DNA of 64,000 nucleotides from Escherichia coli (GTDB lineage Bacteria; Pseudomonadota; Gammaproteobacteria; Enterobacterales; Enterobacteriaceae): NCBI RefSeq assembly GCF_030013595.1, contig NZ_CP122768.1; one strand, 5' to 3'. Shown piece by piece: positions 53,665 to 64,000 of this stretch (position 1 is its first letter; each line of letters starts with the position of its first letter). The notes under the pieces were generated by a model. It saw only the letters and a program-made list of their open reading frames with translations, ran no database searches and was not told where the DNA came from. The position numbers and the translations under genes were made by a program.

Positions 53665-54195
53665 ATGAAATACAATAACATTATTTTCCTCGGTTTATGT
53701 CTGGGGTTAACCACCTATTCTGCTTTATCCGCAGATAGCGTTATTAAAATTAGCGGGCGCGTCCTCGATTATGGCTGCACAGTCTCATCGGATTCGCTTA
53801 ATTTTACCGTAGATCTCCAAAAAAACAGTGCCAGACAATTTCCAACGACCGGTAGCACAAGTCCAGCCGTCCCTTTTCAGATTACGTTAAGTGAATGCAG
53901 TAAAGGGACAACGGGGGTTCGGGTTGCATTTAACGGTATTGAGGATGCAGAAAATAATACTCTGTTGAAACTGGATGAAGGAAGCAATACGGCCTCCGGT
54001 TTGGGTATAGAAATACTGGACGGAAATATGCGTCCGGTGAAATTGAATGACCTTCATGCCGGGATGCAGTGGATCCCACTGGTACCAGAACAGAACAATA
54101 TTTTGCCTTACTCCGCTCGTCTGAAGTCAACTCAGAGGTCCGTCAATCCGGGACTGGTGAGGGCTTCGGCAACCTTTACCCTTGAATTTCAATAA
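53665..54195 (+). CDS. ydeS: Fimbrial minor subunit (YdeS-like)
   Basis: 176-aa fimbrial subunit with signal peptide and C-terminal ...ATFTLEFQ. Confidence 0.8.
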   Translation: MKYNNIIFLGLCLGLTTYSALSADSVIKISGRVLDYGCTVSSDSLNFTVDLQKNSARQFPTTGSTSPAVPFQITLSECSKGTTGVRVAFNGIEDAENNTLLKLDEGSNTASGLGIEILDGNMRPVKLNDLHAGMQWIPLVPEQNNILPYSARLKSTQRSVNPGLVRASATFTLEFQ

Positions 54196-54207
54196 TCAGA
54201 GTCAGAT

Positions 54208-54711
54208 ATGAAAAGACTTCACAAGAGGTTCCTGTTAGCTACGTTTTGCGCGTTATTCACAGCAACTCTCCAGGCCGCCGATGTCACTATCACTGTTAAT
54301 GGTCGGGTAGTCGCTAAACCCTGCACTATTCAAACCAAAGAAGCTAACGTTAATCTCGGGGATCTTTATACGCGCAATCTGCAACAACCTGGTTCTGCAT
54401 CAGGCTGGCACAATATTACTTTGTCATTAACCGATTGTCCGGTTGAAACAAGTGCAGTGACGGCAATCGTGACAGGTTCAACTGACAATACGGGTTATTA
54501 CAAAAATGAAGGTACTGCCGAAAATATTCAGATAGAGCTAAGGGATGACCAGGATGCGACGTTAAAAAATGGCGATAGCAAAACGGTTATTGTTGATGAG
54601 ATCACTCGTAATGCACAGTTTCCACTTAAGGCAAGAGCTATCACGGTGAATGGAAACGCAAGCCAGGGAACGATCGAGGCGCTAATCAATGTGATCTACA
54701 CCTGGCAATAA
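54208..54711 (+). CDS. ydeR: Fimbrial minor subunit (YdeR-like)
   Basis: 167-aa fimbrial subunit with signal peptide; C-terminus ...ALINVIYTWQ. Confidence 0.8.
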   Translation: MKRLHKRFLLATFCALFTATLQAADVTITVNGRVVAKPCTIQTKEANVNLGDLYTRNLQQPGSASGWHNITLSLTDCPVETSAVTAIVTGSTDNTGYYKNEGTAENIQIELRDDQDATLKNGDSKTVIVDEITRNAQFPLKARAITVNGNASQGTIEALINVIYTWQ

Positions 54712-54770
54712 CGTCGATTCGATTTTCTTAGCCTCCTTTTTAAATCAATTTTTTAACCTTAGGATATATC

Positions 54771-55685
54771 ATGGGTAAAACAATAAGTATGAAGCTTCTG
54801 TTCGGTATTTATCTTCTATTAATGGCAGGCAAAGTTTTTGCCTTCAGTTGTAATGTCGATGGCGGGTCAAGTATTGGAGCAGGTACAACCTCTGTTTATG
54901 TTAATCTCGACCCTGTAATACAACCGGGCCAGAATCTGGTTGTAGACTTGTCTCAGCACATAAGTTGCTGGAATGATTACGGCGGCTGGTACGACACTGA
55001 TCATATAAACCTGGTACAAGGCTCAGCTTTCGCAGGCTCTCTACAGTCATATAAAGGATCGCTGTACTGGAATAATGTGACCTACCCCTTCCCGTTGACG
55101 ACAAATACTAATGTATTAGATATTGGTGATAAGACACCGATGCCATTACCGTTAAAACTCTATATTACCCCAGTCGGTGCGGCCGGTGGAGTTGTCATAA
55201 AAGCCGGGGAAGTTATTGCCCGTATTCATATGTATAAAATTGCCACGTTAGGAAGTGGAAATCCGCGTAATTTTACGTGGAATATTATTTCAAATAACAG
55301 TGTTGTTATGCCAACAGGCGGCTGCACCGTTGATAGTCGTAATGTCAACGTGAATCTCCCGGACTTTCCTGGAAGCGCAGAAATACCCCTTGGCGTATAT
55401 TGCTCAAGTGAACAAAAGCTCTCATTTTATCTTTCGGGTGCTACCACTGACAGTGCCAGACAAGTGTTTGCTAACACAGCACCAGATGCAACAAAAGCAT
55501 CGGGAGTGGGTGTCTCTCTGATGCGTAATGGAAAAATACTGGCTACGGGAGAAAACGTCTCCCTGGGGACAGTAAATAAAAGCAAAGTACCTCTGGGTTT
55601 AAGCGCAACCTATGGACAAACAGGAAACAAGGTTGCAGCCGGAACCGTCCAGTCAGTCATTGGTGTCACTTTTATCTATGAATAA
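54771..55685 (+). CDS. ydeQ: Fimbrial tip adhesin (FimH-like two-domain adhesin; YdeQ, possibly FmlH-like)
   Basis: 304-aa ORF with signal peptide, N-terminal lectin-like domain and C-terminal pilin domain (...VIGVTFIYE). Confidence 0.75.
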   Translation: MGKTISMKLLFGIYLLLMAGKVFAFSCNVDGGSSIGAGTTSVYVNLDPVIQPGQNLVVDLSQHISCWNDYGGWYDTDHINLVQGSAFAGSLQSYKGSLYWNNVTYPFPLTTNTNVLDIGDKTPMPLPLKLYITPVGAAGGVVIKAGEVIARIHMYKIATLGSGNPRNFTWNIISNNSVVMPTGGCTVDSRNVNVNLPDFPGSAEIPLGVYCSSEQKLSFYLSGATTDSARQVFANTAPDATKASGVGVSLMRNGKILATGENVSLGTVNKSKVPLGLSATYGQTGNKVAAGTVQSVIGVTFIYE

Positions 55686-56017
55686 TTGTGATTTTGACAT
55701 TGGTCTATGCGCTCCATTCACGAAAATTGCGCGGATATTTATTTTGTGAAGGCTATTATCCTACATCTGTAAGAAAATCCGCGCACAATTGAAGCCAGAG
55801 TCTTATTTTTCATATTGAAAAATATGTTAATTTAAACACTATGAGAGATGATGCTTAATTTATCGTATTTAATCTTTTGTTTAACGATAATAGATTAAAA
55901 TAGAAAGAGAGTAGTCCCCTACTCTTATATATCCATGTTGACGATAATCCCTTTGTATATACTGTGCATCATCGCTATTACAAATCCTAATAATTCATTT
56001 CCACACAGGATAAGCAG

Positions 56018-58297
56018 ATGAAGAAAAAAATTGAATCCTACCAGGGAGCTGCCGGTGGTTGGGGTGCTGTTAAATCCGTAGCGAATGCAGTACGTAAGCA
56101 GATGGATATACGCCAGGATGTTATTGCCATGTTTGACATGAATAAGCCAGAGGGCTTTGACTGTCCGGGTTGTGCATGGCCAGATCCTAAGCACAGTGCG
56201 TCATTCGACATTTGTGAAAACGGCGCAAAAGCAATCGCCTGGGAAGTCACGGATAAGCAGGTAAACGCCTCTTTCTTTGCTGAGAATACGGTTCAATCAT
56301 TACTTACCTGGGGAGACCACGAGCTTGAGGCTGCGGGGCGTCTCACTCAGCCTTTGAAATATGATGCCGTCAGCGACTGTTACAAGCCATTAAGCTGGCA
56401 ACAAGCTTTCGACGAAATAGGCGCACGCCTTCAAAGCTATAGTGATCCCAATCAGGTTGAATTCTATACTTCGGGCCGCACTTCCAATGAAGCTGCCTTT
56501 CTTTATCAGCTTTTTGCTCGTGAATACGGGAGCAATAACTTTCCCGACTGTTCCAACATGTGCCATGAACCGACCAGCGTGGGATTGGCAGCGAGTATCG
56601 GTGTAGGTAAAGGGACCGTGTTGCTGGAAGACTTTGAGAAATGCGATTTAGTCATTTGCATTGGACATAACCCTGGTACAAACCACCCTCGCATGTTGAC
56701 TTCGTTGCGCGCTTTAGTGAAACGGGGAGCGAAAATGATCGCCATCAATCCTCTACAGGAACGTGGCCTGGAGCGATTTACCGCACCGCAAAATCCGTTT
56801 GAAATGCTGACGAACTCTGAGACTCAGTTGGCCAGTGCCTACTATAACGTGCGCATTGGTGGCGATATGGCGTTGCTCAAGGGGATGATGCGCCTGTTAA
56901 TTGAGCGCGATGATGCTGCAAGCGCCGCAGGTCGGCCCTCATTGCTGGATGACGAATTTATTCAAACGCATACCGTCGGCTTTGACGAGCTACGCCGTGA
57001 CGTTCTCAATTCCGAGTGGAAAGATATCGAGCGTATTTCTGGACTAAGTCAGACTCAAATCGCCGAACTGGCTGATGCATATGCCGCTGCCGAACGCACC
57101 ATTATCTGTTACGGAATGGGGATCACTCAGCACGAACATGGTACCCAGAATGTACAGCAACTGGTCAATCTGCTGTTGATGAAAGGTAACATTGGCAAGC
57201 CTGGTGCGGGTATCTGCCCACTACGAGGTCACTCTAATGTACAGGGCGACCGAACCGTCGGTATCACCGAGAAACCGTCTGCAGAGTTTCTGGCTCGCCT
57301 GGGTGAGCGCTATGGTTTCACCCCACCTCATGCACCTGGACATGCTGCAATTGCCAGCATGCAAGCAATATGTACGGGGCAGGCTCGAGCATTGATCTGC
57401 ATGGGGGGCAACTTTGCACTGGCAATGCCAGATCGGGAAGCGAGCGCTGTACCGTTAACGCAATTAGACCTGGCGGTACACGTTGCCACTAAGCTTAACC
57501 GCTCTCATCTGCTGACCGCACAGCATAGCTATATTCTGCCGGTTCTTGGGCGTAGCGAGATTGACATGCAAAAAAGCGGTGCGCAGGCGGTAACCGTTGA
57601 GGATTCAATGTCGATGATTCATGCCTCGCGTGGCGTGTTAAAACCCGCCGGTGTAATGCTGAAATCAGAGTGTGCAGTGGTCGCGGGAATCGCGCAGGCA
57701 GCACTACCCCAGAGCGTGGTAGCCTGGGAGTATCTGGTGGAAGATTATGATCGCATTCGCAATGACATTGAAGCTGTGCTGCCAGAGTTCGCCGACTATA
57801 ACCAGCGCATCCGTCATCCTGGAGGTTTTCACCTGATAAACGCAGCTGCTGAAAGGCGCTGGAGGACGTCGTCAGGTAAGGCTAATTTCATTACCAGTAA
57901 AGGGCTGTTAGAAGATCCCTCTTCAGCGTTTAACAGTAAGCTGGTCATGGCGACAGTACGCAGTCACGATCAGTACAACACGACGATTTATGGTATGGAT
58001 GATCGCTATCGAGGGGTATTCGGTCAACGAGATGTGGTCTTTATGAGTGCTAAACAAGCTAAAATTTGCCGTGTAAAAAACGGCGAAAGAGTTAATCTTA
58101 TTGCGCTTACGCCAGACGGTAAGCGAAGCTCACGCCGCATGGATAGATTAAAAGTGGTCATTTACCCTATGGCTGACCGCTCACTGGTGACCTATTTTCC
58201 AGAATCGAATCACATGCTAACACTTGATAACCACGATCCATTAAGTGGCATTCCTGGCTATAAAAGTATTCCGGTTGAATTAGAACCATCAAATTAA
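56018..58297 (+). CDS. ydeP: Molybdopterin-dependent oxidoreductase YdeP (acid resistance)
   Basis: 759-aa formate-dehydrogenase-alpha-like ORF in the conserved position upstream of safA-ydeO. Confidence 0.85.
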   Translation: MKKKIESYQGAAGGWGAVKSVANAVRKQMDIRQDVIAMFDMNKPEGFDCPGCAWPDPKHSASFDICENGAKAIAWEVTDKQVNASFFAENTVQSLLTWGDHELEAAGRLTQPLKYDAVSDCYKPLSWQQAFDEIGARLQSYSDPNQVEFYTSGRTSNEAAFLYQLFAREYGSNNFPDCSNMCHEPTSVGLAASIGVGKGTVLLEDFEKCDLVICIGHNPGTNHPRMLTSLRALVKRGAKMIAINPLQERGLERFTAPQNPFEMLTNSETQLASAYYNVRIGGDMALLKGMMRLLIERDDAASAAGRPSLLDDEFIQTHTVGFDELRRDVLNSEWKDIERISGLSQTQIAELADAYAAAERTIICYGMGITQHEHGTQNVQQLVNLLLMKGNIGKPGAGICPLRGHSNVQGDRTVGITEKPSAEFLARLGERYGFTPPHAPGHAAIASMQAICTGQARALICMGGNFALAMPDREASAVPLTQLDLAVHVATKLNRSHLLTAQHSYILPVLGRSEIDMQKSGAQAVTVEDSMSMIHASRGVLKPAGVMLKSECAVVAGIAQAALPQSVVAWEYLVEDYDRIRNDIEAVLPEFADYNQRIRHPGGFHLINAAAERRWRTSSGKANFITSKGLLEDPSSAFNSKLVMATVRSHDQYNTTIYGMDDRYRGVFGQRDVVFMSAKQAKICRVKNGERVNLIALTPDGKRSSRRMDRLKVVIYPMADRSLVTYFPESNHMLTLDNHDPLSGIPGYKSIPVELEPSN

Positions 58298-58544
58298 TTC
58301 GCCTCCTCATTTCTTCTGCTGTCATCCGCACAGCAGAAGAATTCCTCATTGACCATTGTCGCGCAATTTACTCACATGTGCTAAATTAAATTGCTCGTTA
58401 TAAGATATATACCTCCGCCTACAGCTGTAAGAAACTCCGCTCAGTACTGAAGCGCCAGTCCTATTTCCTCTATTCTCCAGCCTGTTATATTAAGCATACT
58501 GATTAACGATGCTTAACGTCATTCGTTTAATAAACACATTTGAA

Positions 58545-58742
58545 ATGCATGCGACCATAGTGAAAAATAAAATCACGCAAAGAGACAATTATAAAGGGAT
58601 CATGTCTGTAATTGTGGTTGTCTTATTACTGACCCTTACATTGATAGCCATTTTTTCGGCAATTGATCAGCTGGGTATTTCAGAAATGGGTCGCATTGCA
58701 AGGGATCTTACACATTTCATTATCAATAGTTTGCAAGACTGA
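58545..58742 (+). CDS. safA: PhoQ-activating small membrane protein SafA
   Basis: 65-aa ORF MHATIVKNKITQRDNYKGIMSVIVVVLLLTLTLIAIFSAIDQLGISEMGRIARDLTHFIINSLQD; track ORF begins 12 codons upstream. Confidence 0.85.
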   Translation: MHATIVKNKITQRDNYKGIMSVIVVVLLLTLTLIAIFSAIDQLGISEMGRIARDLTHFIINSLQD

Positions 58743-58816
58743 AAATAAACAGCAAATTATAAATATGAAATGTTAAAAAAGTATCGATAAAAACTTTATT
58801 GTTTTAAGGAGATAAA

Positions 58817-59578
58817 ATGTCGCTCGTTTGTTCTGTTATATTTATTCATCATGCCTTCAACGCTAACATTTTAGATAAAGATTACGCCTTCTCTGACGGC
58901 GAGATCCTGATGGTAGATAACGCTGTTCGTACGCATTTTGAACCTTATGAGCGGCATTTCAAAGAAATCGGATTTAATGAAAATACCATTAAAAAATATC
59001 TACAATGCACTAACATCCAGACAGTGACGGTGCCTGTTCCTGCGAAATTTTTACGTGCTTCAAATGTACCGACTGGATTGCTTAATGAAATGATTGCTTA
59101 TCTCAACTCGGAAGAACGCAATCATCATAATTTTTCGGAACTTTTGCTTTTTTCTTGCCTGTCTATTTTTGCCACATGCAAAGGTTTCATTACACTATTA
59201 ACTAACGGTGTGCTATCCGTTTCCGGGAAAGTGAGAAATATTGTCAACATGAAGCTGGCGCACCCATGGAAGCTGAAAGATATTTGTGACTGCCTGTACA
59301 TCAGTGAAAGCCTGCTCAAGAAAAAACTAAAGCAAGAGCAAACGACATTCTCACAGATTCTTTTAGATGCCAGAATGCAGCACGCAAAAAATTTGATACG
59401 CGTAGAAGGTTCAGTTAATAAAATTGCCGAACAATGTGGTTATGCCAGTACATCTTATTTTATTTATGCGTTCCGCAAACATTTCGGCAACAGTCCGAAG
59501 AGAGTTTCTAAGGAGTACCGTTGTCAAAGGCACACGGGAATAAATACGGGCAACACGATGAATGCTTTAGCTATTTGA
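58817..59578 (+). CDS. ydeO: AraC-family acid-resistance regulator YdeO
   Basis: 253-aa ORF with C-terminal AraC HTH; matches remembered YdeO. Confidence 0.85.
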   Translation: MSLVCSVIFIHHAFNANILDKDYAFSDGEILMVDNAVRTHFEPYERHFKEIGFNENTIKKYLQCTNIQTVTVPVPAKFLRASNVPTGLLNEMIAYLNSEERNHHNFSELLLFSCLSIFATCKGFITLLTNGVLSVSGKVRNIVNMKLAHPWKLKDICDCLYISESLLKKKLKQEQTTFSQILLDARMQHAKNLIRVEGSVNKIAEQCGYASTSYFIYAFRKHFGNSPKRVSKEYRCQRHTGINTGNTMNALAI

Positions 59579-59980
59579 TTATTTGCTAACGAGTATTCAA
59601 CCACGCACCCTACGTAAAAATTAAAATGGGGCAGCCATTCCCTGCCCCGCGTTGTCTCCAGTCGATATATTATCATGAGATAAATAAGTGACAGCCGTCA
59701 CATATTTATGCATTTACATAACCTGTTGCATGATTATTTATGATCTCAATTCTGGATTTTGTCAGTAAATATAATATTTTATTAAATATCAATGGATTAG
59801 ATGTTTATCATTGAGAAATTACTTAGTAGAACAGAAAGTAATGTCAACGCTTTATGGACTGTTATTTCCCTTTTTTTAGCTAAATCTGCTATCTCTTTAT
59901 GTGACTAACTTCACTTACACCCACTTATTTCTCTTCGTAAAATTACTTTGGAATTAAGTACAATAAGAAGAGGAACATTT

Positions 59981-61663
59981 ATGAAGTCTGCATTAAAGAA
60001 AAGTGTCGTAAGTACCTCGATATCTTTGATACTGGCATCTGGTATGGCTGCATTTGCTGCTCATGCGGCAGATGATGTAAAGCTGAAAGCAACCAAAACA
60101 AACGTTGCTTTCTCAGACTTTACGCCGACTGAATACAGTACCAAGGGAAAGCCAAATATTATCGTACTGACTATGGATGATCTTGGTTATGGACAACTTC
60201 CTTTTGATAAGGGATCTTTTGACCCAAAAACAATGGAAAATCGTGAAGTTGTCGATACCTACAAAATAGGGATAGATAAAGCCATTGAAGCTGCGCAAAA
60301 ATCAACGCCGACGCTCCTTTCATTAATGGATGAAGGCGTACGTTTTACTAACGGCTATGTGGCGCACGGTGTTTCCGGCCCCTCCCGCGCCGCAATAATG
60401 ACCGGTCGAGCGCCCGCCCGCTTTGGTGTCTATTCCAATACCGATGCTCAGGATGGTATTCCGCTAACAGAAACTTTCTTGCCTGAATTATTCCAGAATC
60501 ATGGTTATTACACTGCAGCAGTAGGTAAATGGCACTTGTCAAAAATCAGTAATGTGCCGGTACCGGAAGATAAACAAACGCGTGACTATCATGACAACTT
60601 CACCACATTTTCTGCGGAAGAATGGCAACCTCAAAACCGTGGCTTTGATTACTTTATGGGATTCCACGCTGCAGGAACGGCATATTACAACTCCCCTTCA
60701 CTGTTCAAAAACCGTGAACGCGTCCCCGCAAAAGGTTATATCAGCGATCAGTTAACCGATGAGGCAATTGGCGTTGTTGATCGTGCCAAAACACTTGACC
60801 AGCCTTTTATGCTTTACCTGGCTTATAATGCTCCGCACCTGCCAAATGATAATCCTGCACCGGAGCAATATCAGAAGCAATTTAATACTGGTAGTCAAAC
60901 AGCAGATAACTACTACGCTTCCGTTTATTCTGTTGATCAGGGTGTAAAACGCATTCTCGAACAACTGAAGAAGAACGGACAGTATGACAATACTATTATT
61001 CTCTTTACCTCCGATAATGGTGCGGTTATCGATGGTCCTCTGCCGCTGAACGGGGCGCAAAAAGGCTATAAGAGTCAGACCTATCCTGGCGGTACTCACA
61101 CCCCAATGTTTATGTGGTGGAAAGGAAAACTTCAACCCGGTAATTATGACAAGCTGATTTCCGCAATGGATTTCTACCCGACAGCTCTTGATGCAGCCGA
61201 TATCAGCATTCCAAAAGACCTTAAGCTGGATGGCGTTTCCTTGCTGCCCTGGTTGCAAGATAAGAAACAAGGTGAGCCACATAAAAATCTGACCTGGATA
61301 ACCTCTTATTCTCACTGGTTTGATGAGGAAAATATTCCCTTCTGGGATAATTACCACAAATTTGTCCGCCATCAGTCAGACGATTACCCGCATAACCCCA
61401 ACACCGAGGATTTAAGCCAATTCTCTTATACGGTGAGAAATAACGATTATTCGCTAGTCTATACAGTAGAAAACAATCAGTTAGGTCTCTACAAACTGAC
61501 GGATCTACAGCAAAAAGATAACCTTGCCTCCGCGAATCCGCAGGTCGTTAAAGAGATGCAAGGCGTGGTAAGAGAGTTTATCGACAACAGCCAGCCACCG
61601 CTTAGCGAGGTAAATCAGGAGAAGTTTAACAATATCAAGAAAGCACTAAGCGAAGCGAAATAA
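59981..61663 (+). CDS. ydeN: Putative sulfatase YdeN
   Basis: 560-aa sulfatase-family ORF with signal peptide; track ORF extends 11 codons upstream of the ATG at 59981. Confidence 0.8.
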   Translation: MKSALKKSVVSTSISLILASGMAAFAAHAADDVKLKATKTNVAFSDFTPTEYSTKGKPNIIVLTMDDLGYGQLPFDKGSFDPKTMENREVVDTYKIGIDKAIEAAQKSTPTLLSLMDEGVRFTNGYVAHGVSGPSRAAIMTGRAPARFGVYSNTDAQDGIPLTETFLPELFQNHGYYTAAVGKWHLSKISNVPVPEDKQTRDYHDNFTTFSAEEWQPQNRGFDYFMGFHAAGTAYYNSPSLFKNRERVPAKGYISDQLTDEAIGVVDRAKTLDQPFMLYLAYNAPHLPNDNPAPEQYQKQFNTGSQTADNYYASVYSVDQGVKRILEQLKKNGQYDNTIILFTSDNGAVIDGPLPLNGAQKGYKSQTYPGGTHTPMFMWWKGKLQPGNYDKLISAMDFYPTALDAADISIPKDLKLDGVSLLPWLQDKKQGEPHKNLTWITSYSHWFDEENIPFWDNYHKFVRHQSDDYPHNPNTEDLSQFSYTVRNNDYSLVYTVENNQLGLYKLTDLQQKDNLASANPQVVKEMQGVVREFIDNSQPPLSEVNQEKFNNIKKALSEAK

Positions 61664-61675
61664 CTAAACCTTCAT

Positions 61676-61700
61676 GCGGCGGATTTTTCCGCCGCCTTAT
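61676..61700 (+). terminator. Hairpin between ydeN and ydeM (terminator/attenuator-like)
   Basis: GCGGCGG-ATTTTT-CCGCCGC stem-loop 13 nt after the ydeN stop, followed by CTTATT. Confidence 0.4.
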
Positions 61701-61714
61701 TGAGCGAGATAGCG

Positions 61715-62872
61715 ATGCACGTTACAGCCAAGCCCTCCAGTTTTCAATGTAATCTCAAATGTGATTACTGTTTTTACCTTGAAAAAGAGTCGCAGTTTAC
61801 TCATGAAAAATGGATGGATGACAGCACTCTGAAAGAGTTCATCAAACAATATATCGCAGCGTCTGGCAATCAGGTCTATTTTACCTGGCAAGGCGGTGAA
61901 CCCACTCTGGCTGGCCTGGATTTTTTCCGTAAAGTTATTCACTATCAACAACGCTATGCCGGCCAAAAACGAATTTTTAATGCATTACAAACGAATGGCA
62001 TTTTATTGAATAATGAATGGTGTGCCTTTCTCAAAGAACATGAGTTTCTGGTTGGTATCTCGATCGATGGCCCCCAGGAGCTACATGACCGCTACAGACG
62101 CAGTAATTCAGGTAACGGTACTTTTGCAAAAGTGATAGCAGCCATCGAGCGTCTGAAATCATATCAAATAGAGTTTAATACGTTAACCGTCATTAATAAC
62201 ATTAATGTCCATTACCCTCTTGAGGTTTATCATTTTTTAAAATCTATCGGCAGTAAACATATGCAATTTATCGAATTGCTCGAAACCGGGACGCCGAATA
62301 TTGATTTCAGTGGTCATAGTGAGAACACATTCCGTATCATTGATTTTTCTGTGCCTCCTACGGCTTATGGCAAGTTTATGTCGACCATTTTTATGCAATG
62401 GGTTAAAAACGATGTGGGTGAAATTTTCATCCGTCAGTTTGAAAGCTTTGCCAGCCGTTTTTTGGGGAATGGGCATACCAGTTGTATTTTCCAGGAGTCC
62501 TGCAAGGATAATCTGGTTGTTGAAAGTAATGGAGACATTTACGAATGCGACCATTTTGTCTATCCACAGTACAAAATTGGAAACATTAATAAATCTGAAC
62601 TTAAAACGATGAACAGTGTACAACTGACAGCGCAAAAAAAACGGATTTCAGCGAAATGTCAGCAATGTGCATATAAACCTATCTGCAATGGCGGTTGCCC
62701 TAAGCATCGTATTACTAAAGTAAACAATGAGACTGTTTCCTATTTTTGCGAAGGTTATAAAATCCTTTTTTCAACCATGGTACCTTATATGAACGCCATG
62801 GTGGAGTTAGCCAAGAACAGAGTACCGCTTTACCACATCATGGATGTTGCAAGACAAATGGAGAATAATTAA
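61715..62872 (+). CDS. ydeM: Anaerobic sulfatase-maturating enzyme homolog YdeM (radical SAM)
   Basis: Radical-SAM Cys cluster ([10 protein letters not shown]) near the N-terminus and C-terminal Cys-rich SPASM-like region. Confidence 0.8.
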   Translation: MHVTAKPSSFQCNLKCDYCFYLEKESQFTHEKWMDDSTLKEFIKQYIAASGNQVYFTWQGGEPTLAGLDFFRKVIHYQQRYAGQKRIFNALQTNGILLNNEWCAFLKEHEFLVGISIDGPQELHDRYRRSNSGNGTFAKVIAAIERLKSYQIEFNTLTVINNINVHYPLEVYHFLKSIGSKHMQFIELLETGTPNIDFSGHSENTFRIIDFSVPPTAYGKFMSTIFMQWVKNDVGEIFIRQFESFASRFLGNGHTSCIFQESCKDNLVVESNGDIYECDHFVYPQYKIGNINKSELKTMNSVQLTAQKKRISAKCQQCAYKPICNGGCPKHRITKVNNETVSYFCEGYKILFSTMVPYMNAMVELAKNRVPLYHIMDVARQMENN

Positions 62873-63189
62873 TAACGCTCCCTCTTTGCTCCAGTCTTAG
62901 CTTCGTTCTTATGGCCTTAACAAGACACCCGACATAAATTACTGTTGGGTGTTTCGTCATCATCATCTTCCCTTGCGAAAATTCTGACTTACGTGGTATG
63001 CGTCAGGGCATTAGCAATACCCTTGATTATCAATAGCATAACCATAACCACTGAAAATTAAAAAATTCTTTATATTTCATATTGTTAAATGATACTTAAA
63101 TAAATTTCATCAGTAAATCATTGCCATAGATAATCATTGGATGGCACAATCAATTTTCGCTAATGATAACCATTCCCATTACGTTTCGT

Positions 63190-64000
63190 ATGTTGATAGC
63201 AAAGTATCTCTGTCTGCTGAAGCCCTTTTGGCTGCGTAAGAATAATAAAACTTCAGTGCTGTTAATCATTATTATCCTCGCCATGATCCTTGGCGTTGTT
63301 AAAATTCAGGTCTGGTTAAACGACTGGAATAATGATTTTTTCAATGCGCTAAGCCAGAAAGAAACCGATAAGCTTTGGCAGCTTGTTCTTTGGTTCCCTG
63401 CCCTGCTGGGGATCTTTGTATTAATATCCGTAAACAAAACATGGTTAATTAAACTACTGACAATTCGCTGGCGCGAATGGTTAACAGATTACTACCTTAA
63501 TCGCTGGTTTGCAGATAAAAACTACTACTTCACGCAGATCTACGGTGAGCATAAAAATACAGATAACCCTGACCAACGTATCGCTGAAGACATTCTCTTA
63601 CTGATCAGCAAAACGCTCAGCCTTTCATTTGGCTTCATCCAGTCACTTAGCATGCTGATCACCTTTACCGTTATTCTTTGGCAAAGCGCGGGTACGCTCT
63701 CATTCACTGTTGGTGGAACTGAATGGAATATCCAGGGGTATATGGTCTATACCGTCGTGCTCATTGTGATCGGTGGAACTTTATTTACCCATAAGGTTGG
63801 CAAACGTATTCGTCCGCTTAATGTGGAAAAACAACGTAGCGAAGCGACATTTCGAACTAATCTTGTGCAGCATAATAAGCAGGCAGAACTGATTGCGCTA
63901 AGCAATGCTGAGTCTTTACAACGCCAGGAGTTGAGCGACAATTTTCATACCATTAAAGAGAACTGGCATCGTTTAATGAATCGTCAGCGCTGGCTTGATT
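63190..64000 (+). CDS. yddA: ABC transporter fused permease/ATPase YddA, 5' part (continues beyond window end)
   Basis: ATG at 63190 opens MLIAKYLCLLKPFWLRKNNKTSVLL..., a hydrophobic frame open to the window end. Confidence 0.75.
   Translation, partial: MLIAKYLCLLKPFWLRKNNKTSVLLIIIILAMILGVVKIQVWLNDWNNDFFNALSQKETDKLWQLVLWFPALLGIFVLISVNKTWLIKLLTIRWREWLTDYYLNRWFADKNYYFTQIYGEHKNTDNPDQRIAEDILLLISKTLSLSFGFIQSLSMLITFTVILWQSAGTLSFTVGGTEWNIQGYMVYTVVLIVIGGTLFTHKVGKRIRPLNVEKQRSEATFRTNLVQHNKQAELIALSNAESLQRQELSDNFHTIKENWHRLMNRQRWLD

Noticed and set aside
1-64000. CRISPR arrays, tRNA or rRNA genes
   Set aside because: No regularly spaced direct repeats and no sequence I could recognise as tRNA or rRNA were found by eye; a dedicated scan (tRNAscan/Infernal) was not possible, so small RNAs cannot be excluded.

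Overview
This window is Escherichia coli chromosome, in reverse orientation to the K-12 map, running from ydeA to yddA. The backbone is syntenic with K-12: ydeA (partial), yneK, yneJ, sad, glsB, yneG, dgcF/yneF, uxaB, yneE, tam, the full lsr autoinducer-2 locus (lsrGFBDCA, lsrR, lsrK), a frameshifted AIDA-type autotransporter (yneO-like), hipB-hipA, then the F9/yde fimbrial operon, ydeP, safA, ydeO, ydeN, ydeM and yddA (partial). Between hipA and the yneL AraC fragment there is about 21 kb that, from my recollection of K-12, is absent there (about 27.2-48.6 kb). It holds four modules: (1) a Tn554/GInt-like integration module of tandem tyrosine recombinases plus a small protein; (2) an AT-rich cargo with a split XRE/DUF2384-like regulator, an unknown 190-aa protein and a translationally coupled three-gene operon (PD-(D/E)xK-like protein, 251-aa protein, Rad50/SMC-like ABC ATPase with a CxxC zinc hook) that I read as a candidate Lamassu-like (DdmABC-like) anti-phage/anti-plasmid system; (3) an IS91-family element; (4) a LysR-controlled oxidoreductase/detoxification cluster ending in two secreted tandem-domain proteins. 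Other points: hipA has an internal out-of-frame deletion while hipB and its four operators are intact; the autotransporter and the fimbrial usher each carry an apparent frameshift; palindromic GTTCATGAAC-like motifs flank the metabolic cluster. All calls come from reading the sequence and ORF translations against remembered protein families; no database search or computation was run. No tRNA, rRNA or CRISPR array was recognised.
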